Below are positions 48,751 to 60,706 of a stretch of DNA of 64,000 nt, piece by piece. The notes under the pieces were generated by a model. The model did no database searches, was not told the DNA's origin, and saw only the letters and a list, made by a program, of their open reading frames with translations. The stretch lies in assembly GCA_008632985.1 (NCBI GenBank), contig QPGO01000014.1, forward strand, positions 310,001 through 374,000, read 5' to 3'. How positions within the stretch are numbered: position 1 is the stretch's first letter; every line of letters starts with the position of its first letter. Both the position numbers and the translations under genes were made by a program. The DNA is from Psammoneis japonica. Lineage: Eukaryota.

Positions 48751-49733
48751 CAAGTGTGTTGCAGCTCATCACAGAACTCAAGAGCTCACAACTGGCGGAA
48801 GAGCATCCAATTTGTTTTGTGAGGTTCATGAGACTGGGTGGGTGGCACAGAGTGAGACAGTTTTGGAGTCAATGCCACAACCCATTGCAACCATCACCTT
48901 GCCGCTGCTGTCACTCTGCCACCTCAGCTTGCTGTCACCCAGTTTGTTCTGTGTGGAAGTGTTGATGGTGGACAAATGCTGGGGAGGGGGGAGATTCGTC
49001 CTGCTGCTGGTCAGCAAGGATTCTTTCTGAATGAGGCACAAATTGGTTTGCAGCCTCAGCTCCTGTGCTGAAGACATGCCTTGGGCCTGACCCACTTTTT
49101 AGCCCAAGTGTCAAAGCACTTGTGCCAACTTGACTTTCAATTGACTTTTGACTGCAACCCAAATGAGTTGCCTGTCAATGTGAAGCATGACATGCTTGTG
49201 ACCAGTTGTGGGATTGAGGAGATGAGGAGGAGCAATGAGTGTGTGTGTTTGCTTCAGCACCCCAGCAGTCTTGTTCCCCACCCTGTTTGGTCTTTTGTGG
49301 GTGCCCTGTTCCCAAGTGTGAGGAGGATGAGCAAGGACTCCAAAAAAGCAACATCAAGAACATTCTGGCAAAGTCAACAGGGGAAGAGGCATTGCATTGA
49401 ATGGTTCATTGATCAGCCTCACTGGACAAACATCTGCCAGAAGAATGAGAACAAAGATCCACTCTGAATGAGGCCACAAATTGGGTTGTGCCTCAGCTTC
49501 TCTGCTGTGGGCCTGACCTGCTTTGGCCCATGTGTTGAAGCACTCACACCAAAACATTGCTTTCAACTGACTTTTGATTGCTGATTGACTTTTGATTGCA
49601 TTTAAAATGAATTCCCTGTTGGCCAGTTGTGGGACCATGGAGAGACCAGGAGGAGCAAAGAGCAAGTTTTTTGGCACCAGATCACTTTTTTTGTTTGGCA
49701 TCTGCCTTGTTCTTTTGGCTCTGCCAAGAAAAA

Positions 49734-50249
49734 ATGAGCAATTGTCCCTTTCAAAAAACAGAAGAAGAGTGACATTGGCAATTGACTTTGGAAGAATGTC
49801 ATGTGCTTCAAGAGGGTGGCACCGAATCATGCTTTGATTCTTTCCCAAAACTGGTTGCTTTGCACGCAAGGCCTGCAAACACCCCCTGCATTCAGTGGCA
49901 TCAAAATTTCAAGACATGGGTTGGGACATGCACTCCAAGTGTCATTGTGGCAATGGCAAGCCTCACATTGGTGTGCAAGAGAAAAATGAGTTGAGACAAA
50001 ACTCACCTTGGCTGTGCTTGGTGTGTCAAGTGTTTGCCACTCAAGCAATGCGCTTGCTCCCCTTTTGCAAGACAGGTTTGCTGCAACAGCTGAGGGTCGC
50101 ACATGGGTGCCATGTGTTTTCTGAGCACCACCACAGCAATGCAGGAGAGCATTGGCAAATCAACAGCTCATGCATGGTGCACGTGCCAGACGACCCCCAC
50201 CTGGAAAGCATTTCAGTGAGAAAGACCGTTGGGTGTGTTTTCAAAGCAA
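49734..50249 (+). pseudogene. msrB: Hypermutated paralogue of msrB (intron retained, Sec codon and SECIS degraded)
   Basis: Colinear with 24323-24850 including intron and 3' flank. Homology extends ~49670-50625. Former TAA stop reads CAA. Confidence 0.9.
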
Positions 50250-50860
50250 GAAGTGTCAACAAATCTCTGGAATGAAGCAGATTTTTACAGAGAATGGAAG
50301 CAAAGGAGTTTTCATGAATGCAAATGATGGTGTGTGTGATCAAGAAAATGGGCAGCCAGAAAGCATGGCACATGGTTTCCTTCTCTTGCTCTGCTGTCTG
50401 CACCACTTTGTTTTGAGAAACTGACTGTGTTTCGTTGAGAGTCGGGACTCGCAAAATGAATGACAGGTCTCTGCTAATTGATTGTTGTTGCACTAACACC
50501 CCTGGCACACATTTTTCAGTTCGTCATCGTTTTTTTGCATCTCTGCCAGAGGAAGCTGCTTTTTAAATCCCAGTTTTAGTTGGCGGGGAATTCGTGTAGA
50601 ATTCGAGCTCCGCACTCTCAAAAATTATTACCTCCGGCCGACGCTTATATCATCACGCGCGTCACGACTCCTCACGGCGAGAAGTATGAACACCGATCGA
50701 CCCTTTTGCTTTATCCTTCATCATTTTTTGTTTCCTTCGTTGCTATTTGCTGACGCTTTACCTTTTCACCTTTGCATCCTTCCAGAAAGCAATCCACAAT
50801 CCATCGACTTCTCAAATCCTTTCGCTTCTTTTTAAAAAACTGCTCGTACGCGAATTCGTC

Positions 50861-51805
50861 ATGAAAATTCAAGAGCGAATCTTTGTGGTTCTCACGCTCC
50901 CGTTTTTGTGGGCGTTTGCATGCTATGACACCGCCATCTTTGAGCACCAACTTTTAGAGTTAGGCAGTTCAGATGAGTTTGCCATGTGCGACGGTTGTTG
51001 GTGCATCAAGGATGCTGGAGGAGGAGAGTGCCGCCAACCTGTTCCACCCCAAGCTTATACGGACTTGCTTCCTTCGTTGCGTGCGTTAGAATTGACGAAT
51101 CCTTTGTATGAGTTGGATTGCGACCCATATGAATCCCCCGATTGCGACACTACCCCGCCACTGGAACAAGGTGGGGCATGTGTCGTGAAAACCGACTGCT
51201 CGGCAAAATCGTACGAGTTACAATCGTACGGGGGAACCGCGCAAGAGGCTATTGACGAGGGGCTTATTGTCACTCATGAAGGGCCTTGTGCGACGTGTTC
51301 CACGTTGCAAGATTTGTCTATATACATGGAATTTGGAGCAGAACTGTCAGCAAGATCAGAAGAGTGCGGCATTTTTGGTCTTGTCAATTTGACAAGAGGG
51401 TTCGAGTGCTTTGTGAGACTGGGCATGACGGACTCTTGTGCTTGGACTTGGGCGTACAACACTAGAAACACTAGAAAAGAATGCGGAGCACTTTGCACAG
51501 CATTTTTAATATCGGGTGATCCCTCCAATGGACCACCTCCCAATTGCACCCTCGCTGAATGTCTTCAATGCGACGAGGACAACTCGGGTGCAATATTCAA
51601 ACAGTTTTCTGGCAGAACTCGGCGCAATTCGTATTTGTGGTCCAACATTGGTCGACCATGCTCTGTATATGGCGTTGCGCTAAACCACACTGACCCCTGT
51701 CCGCCTACTGCCCCGCCTACGGATTCACCTACTGATGCATCGTCAGGCAATGTGGTATCACCGTTTCGGAGTTTTTCGAGAATATGGCGTGAAGTTGCTC
51801 TCTAG
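50861..51805 (+). CDS. Secreted cysteine-rich protein of unknown function
   Basis: Signal peptide; THEGPCATCS, CLQCDEDNSG, GRTRRNS motifs; P/T-rich tail; normal TpA content. Confidence 0.7.
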   Translation: MKIQERIFVVLTLPFLWAFACYDTAIFEHQLLELGSSDEFAMCDGCWCIKDAGGGECRQPVPPQAYTDLLPSLRALELTNPLYELDCDPYESPDCDTTPPLEQGGACVVKTDCSAKSYELQSYGGTAQEAIDEGLIVTHEGPCATCSTLQDLSIYMEFGAELSARSEECGIFGLVNLTRGFECFVRLGMTDSCAWTWAYNTRNTRKECGALCTAFLISGDPSNGPPPNCTLAECLQCDEDNSGAIFKQFSGRTRRNSYLWSNIGRPCSVYGVALNHTDPCPPTAPPTDSPTDASSGNVVSPFRSFSRIWREVAL

Positions 51806-52244
51806 CTTTTTGGGGCCTGCAATGAAAACACCGTTTTGGACTGACTTTGTACTGATTCCTTTTAATTTCATTCATCGTCAACATTGTCATAGTAGTGTAA
51901 CTTAAGACTAGCTAAACAGTCTCATTGCACTCCAACTCTACAGTAGTTCAAGCTGAGATAAGGTGGGCGAAGAGGGAGGCGATCGCTTCTACAAGTATCA
52001 CATTTGGTATATCGTGCTGTTTGGCACACTTTATGTCCGTCCTTCCATCCGTCATACCTCACAAACTCCGACGACCGACGATCGAGCGACGATGATGAGC
52101 AAAACGAGCCAAGTTCCAAAGTTGTATGTTCAATGTTGGAGGGTGCGGAAGGTGATGAATGCACCATAGCTGATCACTACTTTACACTTTTGCGTTGTGC
52201 CTACTAAACCCAATTACCGGTATTTTTTGTGCTATCGGTTGTCC

Positions 52245-53195
52245 ATGCGCGGCTCAATTCATAGGGTCGCAACAGTCGCTGTTTTGTGTCAGCACCGCTC
52301 GATAGTAGCCTCGTTTCCTTTGGGAAATAGAACTTCTCTTTGGAACCAATTCAATCCTCAAAGACCAGCAGGTAGAATGAGTAGCAGCAACAGCAATGTC
52401 ATGGAGTCGGATCGACTGGTGTTTTACAAATTGGATTTTGCAGAATCGACTCAGGATGAAGCACGAAGGCTGCTAAAGGAATCTGATTTCCCCGAAAAGT
52501 GCTTGGCTGTCACTGCAAAGCGACAGTCAAAGGGCCGTGGTACGTCGGGACGACAATGGATGGGAATGCCGGGAAACTTATTCTTGACAATCGCCATTCC
52601 TTCCGACAGAGTTCCAGTTGTCGTAACTTTGTTGCCTCTAAAGATAGGAACGATTGTTGCGAGAATTTCGTCAAGGCTTTTGAAAGAGTGTGAATCATCC
52701 TCCAACGTCACTGTCAAGTGGCCCAATGATGTCCTTGTGGAACAAGAAAAAGTTGCAGGAATCCTGATTGAATCTGAATTACTCAACAAGAAAGATTCGT
52801 GGTTCCTCGTGGGCATTGGTCTCAACCTGGTTCATGCACCAAAGGTACCCAAAGAGGGCCCAAACCGTGGACGAACTTCCACATCGATTCAAGGAAATTG
52901 TGAAACGACGCTAGACTTTTTGACCTCGGATAGCGCATCGGCGGTAGTTGGAGCTGAAATCGCATCCGAACTCGTAGATTGGGTACACAATGGGAAAGAA
53001 TCCAACAAGGCACAAGCTTCCGCCAAGGTTGTAGAGGAATGGAAGGAATGGGCAGAGTTTGGTTTACAACAAGAGCTGCGCGATACAGCGGATAATGAAA
53101 TTGTAGTCCCGATTGGGATTGAATCGGATGGGCAGTTGCGCGTACGAGGCCAAGATGGCCGAGAACGACTGCTGGTTGCCGATTATCTGCTGTAG
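52245..53195 (+). CDS. birA: Biotin-protein ligase (BirA/BPL family) with N-terminal targeting sequence
   Basis: STQD, QSKGRGTSGRQW, KWPNDV, KVAGILIE, VGIGLN motifs. Confidence 0.92.
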   Translation: MRGSIHRVATVAVLCQHRSIVASFPLGNRTSLWNQFNPQRPAGRMSSSNSNVMESDRLVFYKLDFAESTQDEARRLLKESDFPEKCLAVTAKRQSKGRGTSGRQWMGMPGNLFLTIAIPSDRVPVVVTLLPLKIGTIVARISSRLLKECESSSNVTVKWPNDVLVEQEKVAGILIESELLNKKDSWFLVGIGLNLVHAPKVPKEGPNRGRTSTSIQGNCETTLDFLTSDSASAVVGAEIASELVDWVHNGKESNKAQASAKVVEEWKEWAEFGLQQELRDTADNEIVVPIGIESDGQLRVRGQDGRERLLVADYLL

Positions 53196-53473
53196 GAATG
53201 ATGTGCTGTTAGAACTAGCAAGCTCAGCTGAATTGTATCCATACGAAATTGAGTGTATGCTTTATCGGAATCATAATGTTGTCCTGAATTGAGTCGAAGC
53301 TCAAGAAGTGCTTGGTAATTTGAATGCAAACTTGATCGAAGAACATCACGAAGAGGAACTCGCGCTATTGTCTTATCTTAATTTTTAGAGGAAGTGCCAT
53401 AGAGATGCGTAAAGTTTCGACCGCTTAGCTACTTTTTCATGATGTCAGAAGCCAGGATAAAACGCCGCCAAGA

Positions 53474-53956
53474 CTACTTGCCCAATTTCCACTTTGCAAG
53501 GACTTCTAAAGCTTCAGGACTAACACTATCACCCGTAATTTCCAACATTTCAGCGACTTCATCCATCACTGGTACAATCTCATTGTTGTACTCGTCTTCT
53601 GCTGCGGTTGCTGCAGCCACCGCTTCTTCCGCTTCCTTCTTGTCATGCAAAAGCTGTGCGCGAGCGGCCTCTTGGGCCTTGATGTATCGGTCTTCTTCTA
53701 CTTTTTTCTGCCATTTCGTTGTAAAGAAAGGAATTGTTGAAATGCGCACCATGTAAGTAAATACCAGAGTCCACAAACACTTTCGTTCCGGCAGTTCATC
53801 GTGAGCTTGCTTGATCCGTCGCCTATCTGGGCCGGTCGTCGCACGTACCTTGCTCTTGAGTTGGTCCCCAATCGTCATGTATCTGGTCGCCCCAACACGA
53901 CAAACTCCTCGTGCGGAAACCCGACCTGCGGCAATGCGGGAAACAGTGGAGATCAT
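53474..53956 (-). CDS. Small mitochondrial coiled-coil protein, ATPase inhibitor IF1-like; probable intron 53708-53848
   Basis: Arg-rich presequence, KVEEDRYIKAQE motif, in-frame GT-AG intron. Confidence 0.55.
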   Translation of the reverse strand: MISTVSRIAAGRVSARGVCRVGATRYMTIGDQLKSKVRATTGPDRRRIKQAHDELPERKCLWTLVFTYMVRISTIPFFTTKWQKKVEEDRYIKAQEAARAQLLHDKKEAEEAVAAATAAEDEYNNEIVPVMDEVAEMLEITGDSVSPEALEVLAKWKLGK

Positions 53957-54279
53957 TCTGATGCAGATGCGTGCTACAGTATGTTGATGTTGTCGTTGAT
54001 GCTCAATGGGAGTTCAGAGTGTTCTTTTGCGTGTTCTCATGTCTCGTGGCTCGTGGTGCGGTATGCGGTGCCGGTTCCGATCTTTTTTCAGTCGACTGCG
54101 GATGTCAACAGCCGCGCGCCGCGCCGCGCGTATCGAGCCTCCCGTCTCACCCCACGAAGGAATCGACTCGTTCGACTTCGTCGAGCTTTCGTTTCTTTGT
54201 TTTGTGATGGCTTTTCACCGCCATGGTGGCCTGCATGCCGGGCGTCATTGCTGACCAATTGCAGAAAATCTATGCTCAA

Positions 54280-55150
54280 CAAGGAGATACAGCATGTTGC
54301 AACATTGGAGTGCAGCAGGACATTGTTGCCAAATCCTTGAATGCTGCAACTGCTGCTCTGGCAAGAACAAGCGCAAGAGCGGGGGGACACAAAACTGGCT
54401 GCAGCCGCTGGAGATGCAACACTTGTACAAACAGACAAATCAGCAAGACAAGCTGCAAGTAGAGGTGACCTTGCTTGTTCACCACAAACCACTGTTAGAA
54501 AATTGACTGAGCAAGTGATGGAGCAGCTTCTCCAATTTCCAGCGCAAGCAAGCCAGCAGCTCGCCCCCCGCAGCTTGCACAGCCTGCTGGGCTGGCTGCT
54601 TTTTCTATCTCCTCTCTCACTCTCCTCTGAGCAGAGAGTGCAGCACTGCAGCAGTGGCATCAAAAACCAAACAGAGCAGCACGCACAACAACCTTTCACA
54701 GCAACTGCCAATGCGCAAGGAGGGGGGGGCTGTCATCTTGTGGCTGCCTGCTGGCACCCTGCTGGCGGGCGCTTCTCTCTGCTCCAAAGAGGCTGCAGCA
54801 TCAGCACCAAACAACACCTGAAAAATGTGTGCAGCAAGTGGCAGGGGCAGAGGGCAGAGGCTGCTAAGCACAGCACCTGTCAAGCTGGGCAAAAACAGTC
54901 GAACGATGCACCACGCATTGTTTGTGCGCACGCACACTTGCTGCTGGCTGCCAGCACACAAAACTTGTGCGGAGGGCACAAACAACAATCTTGACAATGC
55001 AGGCAGGTGTGAGACATCCATCATTCCATTCTCAGGTGAATGAGAAAAAGACGTTGTTGTTTTGTCAAGAAAATTCTGACAACCATTGCCAGAACATTGA
55101 CGAAAAATTGTTCCGTGTGTCTTCTTCGGCATCGTGGGGATGTCAACTTG
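54280..55150. other. TpA/CpG-depleted island, unidentified degraded sequence
   Basis: TG/CA-rich with spurious overlapping ORFs on both strands. Confidence 0.5.
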
Positions 55151-55194
55151 TGCGAAAATAAAAAAATATATCCATCGATGTCCAAACGTTCTAA

Positions 55195-55907
55195 CCCCGC
55201 TCGCGCTGTGCATGGCATGCTATGCACAGACATTTTTGCGAATTATCGCCAAAATCGCGCATGTGCATAGCATGCTATGCACAACTCAATTTTTTGGCGC
55301 CTTTTGGTCATCCTATTAATCAACTACTTTGAAGTGTCTGGAAAGACCTCATTGTGTCAAACATGTCAGACGCCTTTGACGTTCTTATTGACCCACTTGA
55401 AGCGGTTGATGTGGTACACGTGTAATGAGATTCAGCGATTCACGTAGAAATGACGTAGAAAAATACCTGTGTAACCCCTCGTACAAAAGCTACGCATTAG
55501 CCTCGCCAACAAGTGACTCCACTTCCAAGGTCATTGGAACAAGAAAGCTGCTATTTTAAAGGCTGTCCATTAAACATGCTAACAAGTATTGACTCATCGT
55601 CCATAAACGCTATCTATGTCCTACTGAAACGAGGTACTTGGAACTTGAGCGACTCAAACCTTGTGCATAGCATACCATGCACAACGTAGAATTCTACGTA
55701 AAAAATCCCGCCAAAATTGACCAACTTCTGTGGCATTAAACAGCTATGTAAGCCCCATGGCGGAAGCTGTCCTTTTCAGCCTGTTTCGACCGTCGAGTGT
55801 ACTGAAAGGTTCGGTATGTCTCAAGAAATGTAATGTCTCGGGGAAGTTTCGCGACACCTCTGAAACGTTGTGCATAGCATGCTATGCACAGTGCGCGCGG
55901 AGTGGGG
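55195..55907. mobile_element. Non-autonomous piggyBac-like element (MITE) with CTAA TSD
   Basis: CTAA|CCCCGCTC ... GAGTGGGG|CTAA. Four copies of the 22-bp palindrome TGTGCATAGCATGCTATGCACA (55207, 55262, 55662, 55869). Confidence 0.78.
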
Positions 55908-56024
55908 CTAATGTTGGCGAGCGGTATTCTCAATTTGACCACCTTCATTGCTGAATAACACATTCGAAAATTGCGTTCCAAACCCGGCTCATATTTTTGA
56001 TATTCACGCAACAAAAAGAAGACA

Positions 56025-56483
56025 ATGGGAGTCCTCACCGTAACACTCGACAAAGTCACCAATCTTGTTGATAGCGATCGCCTTGGGAAGTCTGATCCGT
56101 ACGTCAAGTTCGAGCTGGAACAAGACAATTTTCTTTTCGATAAAGGGTACGGCAAGAAAGAGTCGTCGCACAAGCAAGGCACTCTCAATCCCGAATACGA
56201 TGAAACATTCACGTTTGAAGACGTTCCCTCGCTCAACAACATGGTCCTTCACGTACAAGTAATGGATGATGATCCTGGCTTTGATGACAAGATCGGCTCA
56301 TGTAAAATTAATCTCGAGAATATGGGCATCGACGAAACACCCAAGGCCGTCGAGATGGTTGTCGACAAGAAGACTCCGGAAGGATCGATTTGTGATCCAT
56401 GCAAGTTTCTCTGCGCATGTTGCTGCGCCATGCTATTTAGCAAGGATGCTGTGATCTATCTTCACATTTCCTACACCGAGTAA
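56025..56483 (+). CDS. Single C2-domain protein
   Basis: DSDRLGKSDPYV, TLNPEYDETF, VMDDDPGFDDKIG; Cys cluster near the C-terminus. Confidence 0.9.
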   Translation: MGVLTVTLDKVTNLVDSDRLGKSDPYVKFELEQDNFLFDKGYGKKESSHKQGTLNPEYDETFTFEDVPSLNNMVLHVQVMDDDPGFDDKIGSCKINLENMGIDETPKAVEMVVDKKTPEGSICDPCKFLCACCCAMLFSKDAVIYLHISYTE

Positions 56484-56607
56484 TTGTGGCAGAACAGTGC
56501 CGGACTCCTTATTGTGATCAATCTTGTGTTTTGAAAACACTAGTATCCCAACTCGCAACCTACTCGCTACTAGAGAGAATTACATCAGTAGTTGAAAAAC
56601 TTTGTTT

Positions 56608-58064
56608 CTAATTTGCTTCATCACCACTGTCACATGTAGCGCTTAAATCGAAAACACCAATGAACTTGTTCGTATGCGATCCCAGATACAGTTTGCCATC
56701 GTAATGGCTAACTCCCGTGATGTGCGCGATATCCCTCCCATTGGGATCCTGAAAAATACGTGTAGAAGTTTTACCATCAGGCTGCATTGTCATTTCTACT
56801 ATCCCACAGTAGCGCTTGGCATTTGGAGCCAAACGCTTTGGCAGCAACATGAGCAATGTCCTCAAAAATGCATCAATGGGGTGAGGGATTTTGCCAATGA
56901 TGCGCATAAAGGGATCATGCGCCAGAACCAGAGGAACATAACACTTGTCTGCAGCACACGTTGCACCATCGGGATATCCAGGAAACTCATCGGCCATGAC
57001 TTGGAGAGTTCCCTTTTGATGTCCCTCCAAATGATACTTTAACGTTCGTCCAGCAAAGGTTTCCGACATCATGATAAACTTTTCGTCGTTGTCGACGGCA
57101 ATTCCATTTGCAAACCAAATCCCACTCGCCAGTACACTAACTTGATGCGTCTTCGGATCGTATTGAAGCAAGCGACCGGTTGGCTTACCTCGTGCATAAT
57201 CCAGTTTTGAGGCATACATAATGTCCCAGGTCTTTGTTTCAATTCGATCGGGCGGAATCTCAGACGCTGCGAAATTGCAATGAAAAGGCAGAGTAGTAGG
57301 TAAGCAAAGGGTATGCAGAACCACATCAAAGAAAGCAACAGAAACTTTACCATCGCTGAAGTAAATCATGCCAGTTTTTGGTCCAACATCAACGTCGTCT
57401 GCAAAAAGAATTTGCGACCACGTTCCGTCACTTTGCTGGACGCGAGAGGCCAGTAGCTCAACCGTTGGTGCATGGCCTCCATTTTTCTTTTTGTTAAAGT
57501 TCTGAACCCGAATCAGCCCCAAAAGAGAATCGGCAATGTACATATCATGATTCACAATGACTCCACCAAGGGGACGGCCAACGCCCAAGCTCACGACGAG
57601 AGAGGCGCGAGCCGTCAGCTTGTGCTCATCTTCCGTTTGTATGTCCTCCAACTTGATCAAATTGGCATCCTCTGTCAGACCGTACAAATCTCCATTCTTT
57701 GGATCAACAACAATTGTTTCCGATCCCTTCAGTAGGGCTTCTTTTCCATCATCCACTCGCTCAAAGATCTTTTGAAGCTTGCCATCTGCAACATCAGGGG
57801 GGGGAGAGAATCTGTAAGTGACAACCGTTCAAAAGTGGACCAGATTTTTGCACAGCAAGACTCACGTTTCATGCGCAAGCTATCGTTGTCAGAGTCCACC
57901 TCTGAAAAGACATGACGACGTTCCTCGGGTACTTCCACAGCTGGCCCGTAAGGAAGCAAGATTGGATACAAAATGCTCCGGCCATAGTACCCAACCCCAA
58001 ATGCTGGAAGAAAAAGTTTAAGAGCGTTTTTACGGCGTTGCTTCTGCTCTCGATTTGCAAACAT
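56608..58064 (-). CDS. Strictosidine synthase-like / APMAP-like beta-propeller protein; introns 57786-57865 and 57267-57350
   Basis: GRPLG, FADDVDV, IYFSD, TGRLLQYDP, FANGIAV, PGYPDG motifs; N-terminal TM. Confidence 0.88.
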
Positions 58065-58744
58065 TTTGTCTTCTGCGCAATGATGATTCTCGAGAGGAGT
58101 CGAATGAAGTACAGTACGAGTGAAGTCAAATAAGTTGCTATATGTTTGCTGTCGGGTCTTCCATCTCAATCTCTTGGATCTTGGATCTTGGCAAAAGATC
58201 GCCAGGGTTTGGACATGACCGGGGGCATAGAAACAAGCCCCCTTTTTCTCGTGGGGACCCTGCAACGTACAATTTTGCATGGATTCGTACGAGGAAATTT
58301 GCGTGAATAATACCCCCGTATGGTACTGGTATGGTTATTGTGTTGGGCGTCAGCGAAGCTGCGCTGCGGCGTGCGGTACGAGCGCCATGAGCCATCCATC
58401 AATTATTTTATTGTGGCTGTTAGAAGGCCCTCTCTCTGCTCCTCTGCTTCTCTCTCTAGAGAGGCTTTACTAATACTCTGAACTACTCTCATTCACTAAA
58501 TCACATAGGATAGTCTGCACTGCTTATAAATAGCTTGAAATGATGCTACTAGTAGGAATCAGGTCATAACTTTTGTGCGGCCGTCCGTCTGCACACGCTT
58601 CGGAAGGTAAGGGAGAACAGGTGGTGACGCTCTACCCTTATTATACCGGTACTAATAATCAAGGAGTTTCCATACCGTAGTAAACTTATTCTTCAGCATT
58701 GCTAACAAGTTTTTCGAGCTACTTTAGCTAAAACTTACATCACT

Positions 58745-60030
58745 CTAGGGAGACGCTGGACCCAATAGTAGCATAAGACGGTGAAACTTGCCGAATTGCT
58801 CTGGATGTTTTAGAAGCAGCGCCAAGATGTTCATGACTGGAATCAACAGCCCAATGGCGTTGAAAAGTCCGGCCCGTTTCTGGGTAGTGCGGCGTTGAAT
58901 GACCAGAGTACCGGCAAAGGTCCCAAAGTTATTGGCCACGACGCCAGGAGGGCTTGGTACATGCTCCAGCGGCAAAACGTTGGCTCCGACGTCCACAAGG
59001 CCTTCATACCGGCAGCTCCAACCTGTCCGCCAATGTTAAAGCTGTATCGAAGCTGGAGAAGACCCAGACAAGCGAAGACTGCCGTCATTGTGGTAGTAAA
59101 GACAACCACGCCATTGGCTGGGCTGACCGTTGCCTCGAGTGCCTCCTCAGTGGGTTGCCTCCAGAGATTGGTGAAAAACACGTCTCGCAGCTTTGATCGC
59201 TCAAAGGGGAGGTACCAAAAACGGCGTCCGTTTTTGCGTCCATCAGTGCTCATGACCAGCTTCTGGTCGTCACGGGAATGCTCCCGCTGCTGCTTCATTC
59301 TCTGGAGTAAGAAAAGGCGGACGTGTTGGAGGGCATCACTACAAGCAAAAATGGTCGCATATGCAGCCACGCAAGAGAAGAGCACTCCAATTGGATGATA
59401 CCACCGATTCTGACCCAAGGCAAAACTAAGGCTTGAGCCTAGGAAAGAAAACCCGAGTAGTACCCCAGTCGCAAATGCTCGAAGGGTGGGAATGTCGTAG
59501 GCCGGTACTCTGCGTGTAATCATGGCTCCTCCCAAGACTAAATTGGACGTTGCCATTGCCACAGCCAGTCCGTACAAAACACTTGGTGGGGGGGCTTTCA
59601 AAAGCGCGTCCCAAGCAGCTAAAGCCAGCGGCAACGCAAGGATGCCTATTCCGCCTAGTCGATGTCCATTGGACAGCGCTGATTTCTTGTTACCAAGCTT
59701 GTTAGCTGTAGGGAGACCCCATGCAAGACAGGCCGCGTACGGGAAAAAGGTGAGAGCGAATGGGCCGAGGACTAGATAAGACGAAACCGCTAGCGTTGCT
59801 AGCTGCAAAAGCTTTTTCGAAGCGCCTAACTTTTGCGGCTCTTTCTCGATGCTCGTAGTGCTTTGGTAAGTAGTAGTCCAGTCGTGGATCTTCTGTGGCA
59901 ATTCCTTCTTCCTGAGGAGGTGTGTAGGACTTCTTCCAGGCACAGTCGGTGTCAATAACGCAAAGCCATCCGAAAATGGGATGCCGCCGAATGCCATCAA
60001 TGCTAGTGTCAGTAGAGGGAATCTAGCCAT
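58745..60030 (-). CDS. Putative plastid-targeted multipass membrane protein, unknown function; apparent frameshift near 58943
   Basis: Signal peptide + DGFALL, multiple hydrophobic segments, C-terminus continues in ORF 58745-58996. Confidence 0.65.
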
Positions 60031-60706
60031 GGTCTGATATTATGTGTGATTGTACAATTTTCAATTTTGTGGCGCTGTTCTTCTTTTTCTTCGAGGAATG
60101 CTGGATCCGGTTTGGTTGAGAGTTGAGACGTGCTTGAACTCATCATAATTTCTTAGTCCCGCAGGCGGCAGTCCGTCAAGTCGATTTGTTCTCATTCGTG
60201 GAAAGACAGAAGGAACAGACATCGCGTAAGAATACGGAGGATGCTGGGGAGTGGAAGTCAGCGTAATGGTACTTTCCGCGCCTCTTCATTTTGCCTTTCT
60301 ATTGCCGGCACGCCATTGCGGATCTTTTGTTCGCGGATCCCTCGCGCAACGAACGCAAGACGAACGCGGGCTTTTTCATAGAGCGCACAGAAGGACAAAC
60401 ACTCTTTTATATACATTCTATTAAGGCCTTTATAATTTTAGTGTATTGGAGTATCAACTTATACCGCATTGAGGAATATCAATTTTTATAAATTTATCAA
60501 AGACCTAATAAAGTTTTGAACATGACTCGCTGAAACTCACATTTTGCGTCGCAAGCAGTCTGATCTGCAGTATGGCTAAGTACAATGATTCCGTACGGTA
60601 TTCTCTGTTAGCCCTACTATTCAATCCCGCCCGATACCCGGTGTGCTGCACGCTGTATATCATCGTCAGTGAGTTTGCATCAGAGTTCTTAGTTTCCTAA
60701 CTGACA

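Noticed and set aside
51963..52207. Small ORFs upstream of birA
   Set aside because: No motif, non-ATG starts, likely intergenic
33..55213. Numerous short Cys/His-rich ORFs in depleted domains as real genes
   Set aside because: Expected by-product of TAA/TAG loss. They overlap on both strands and have no motifs.
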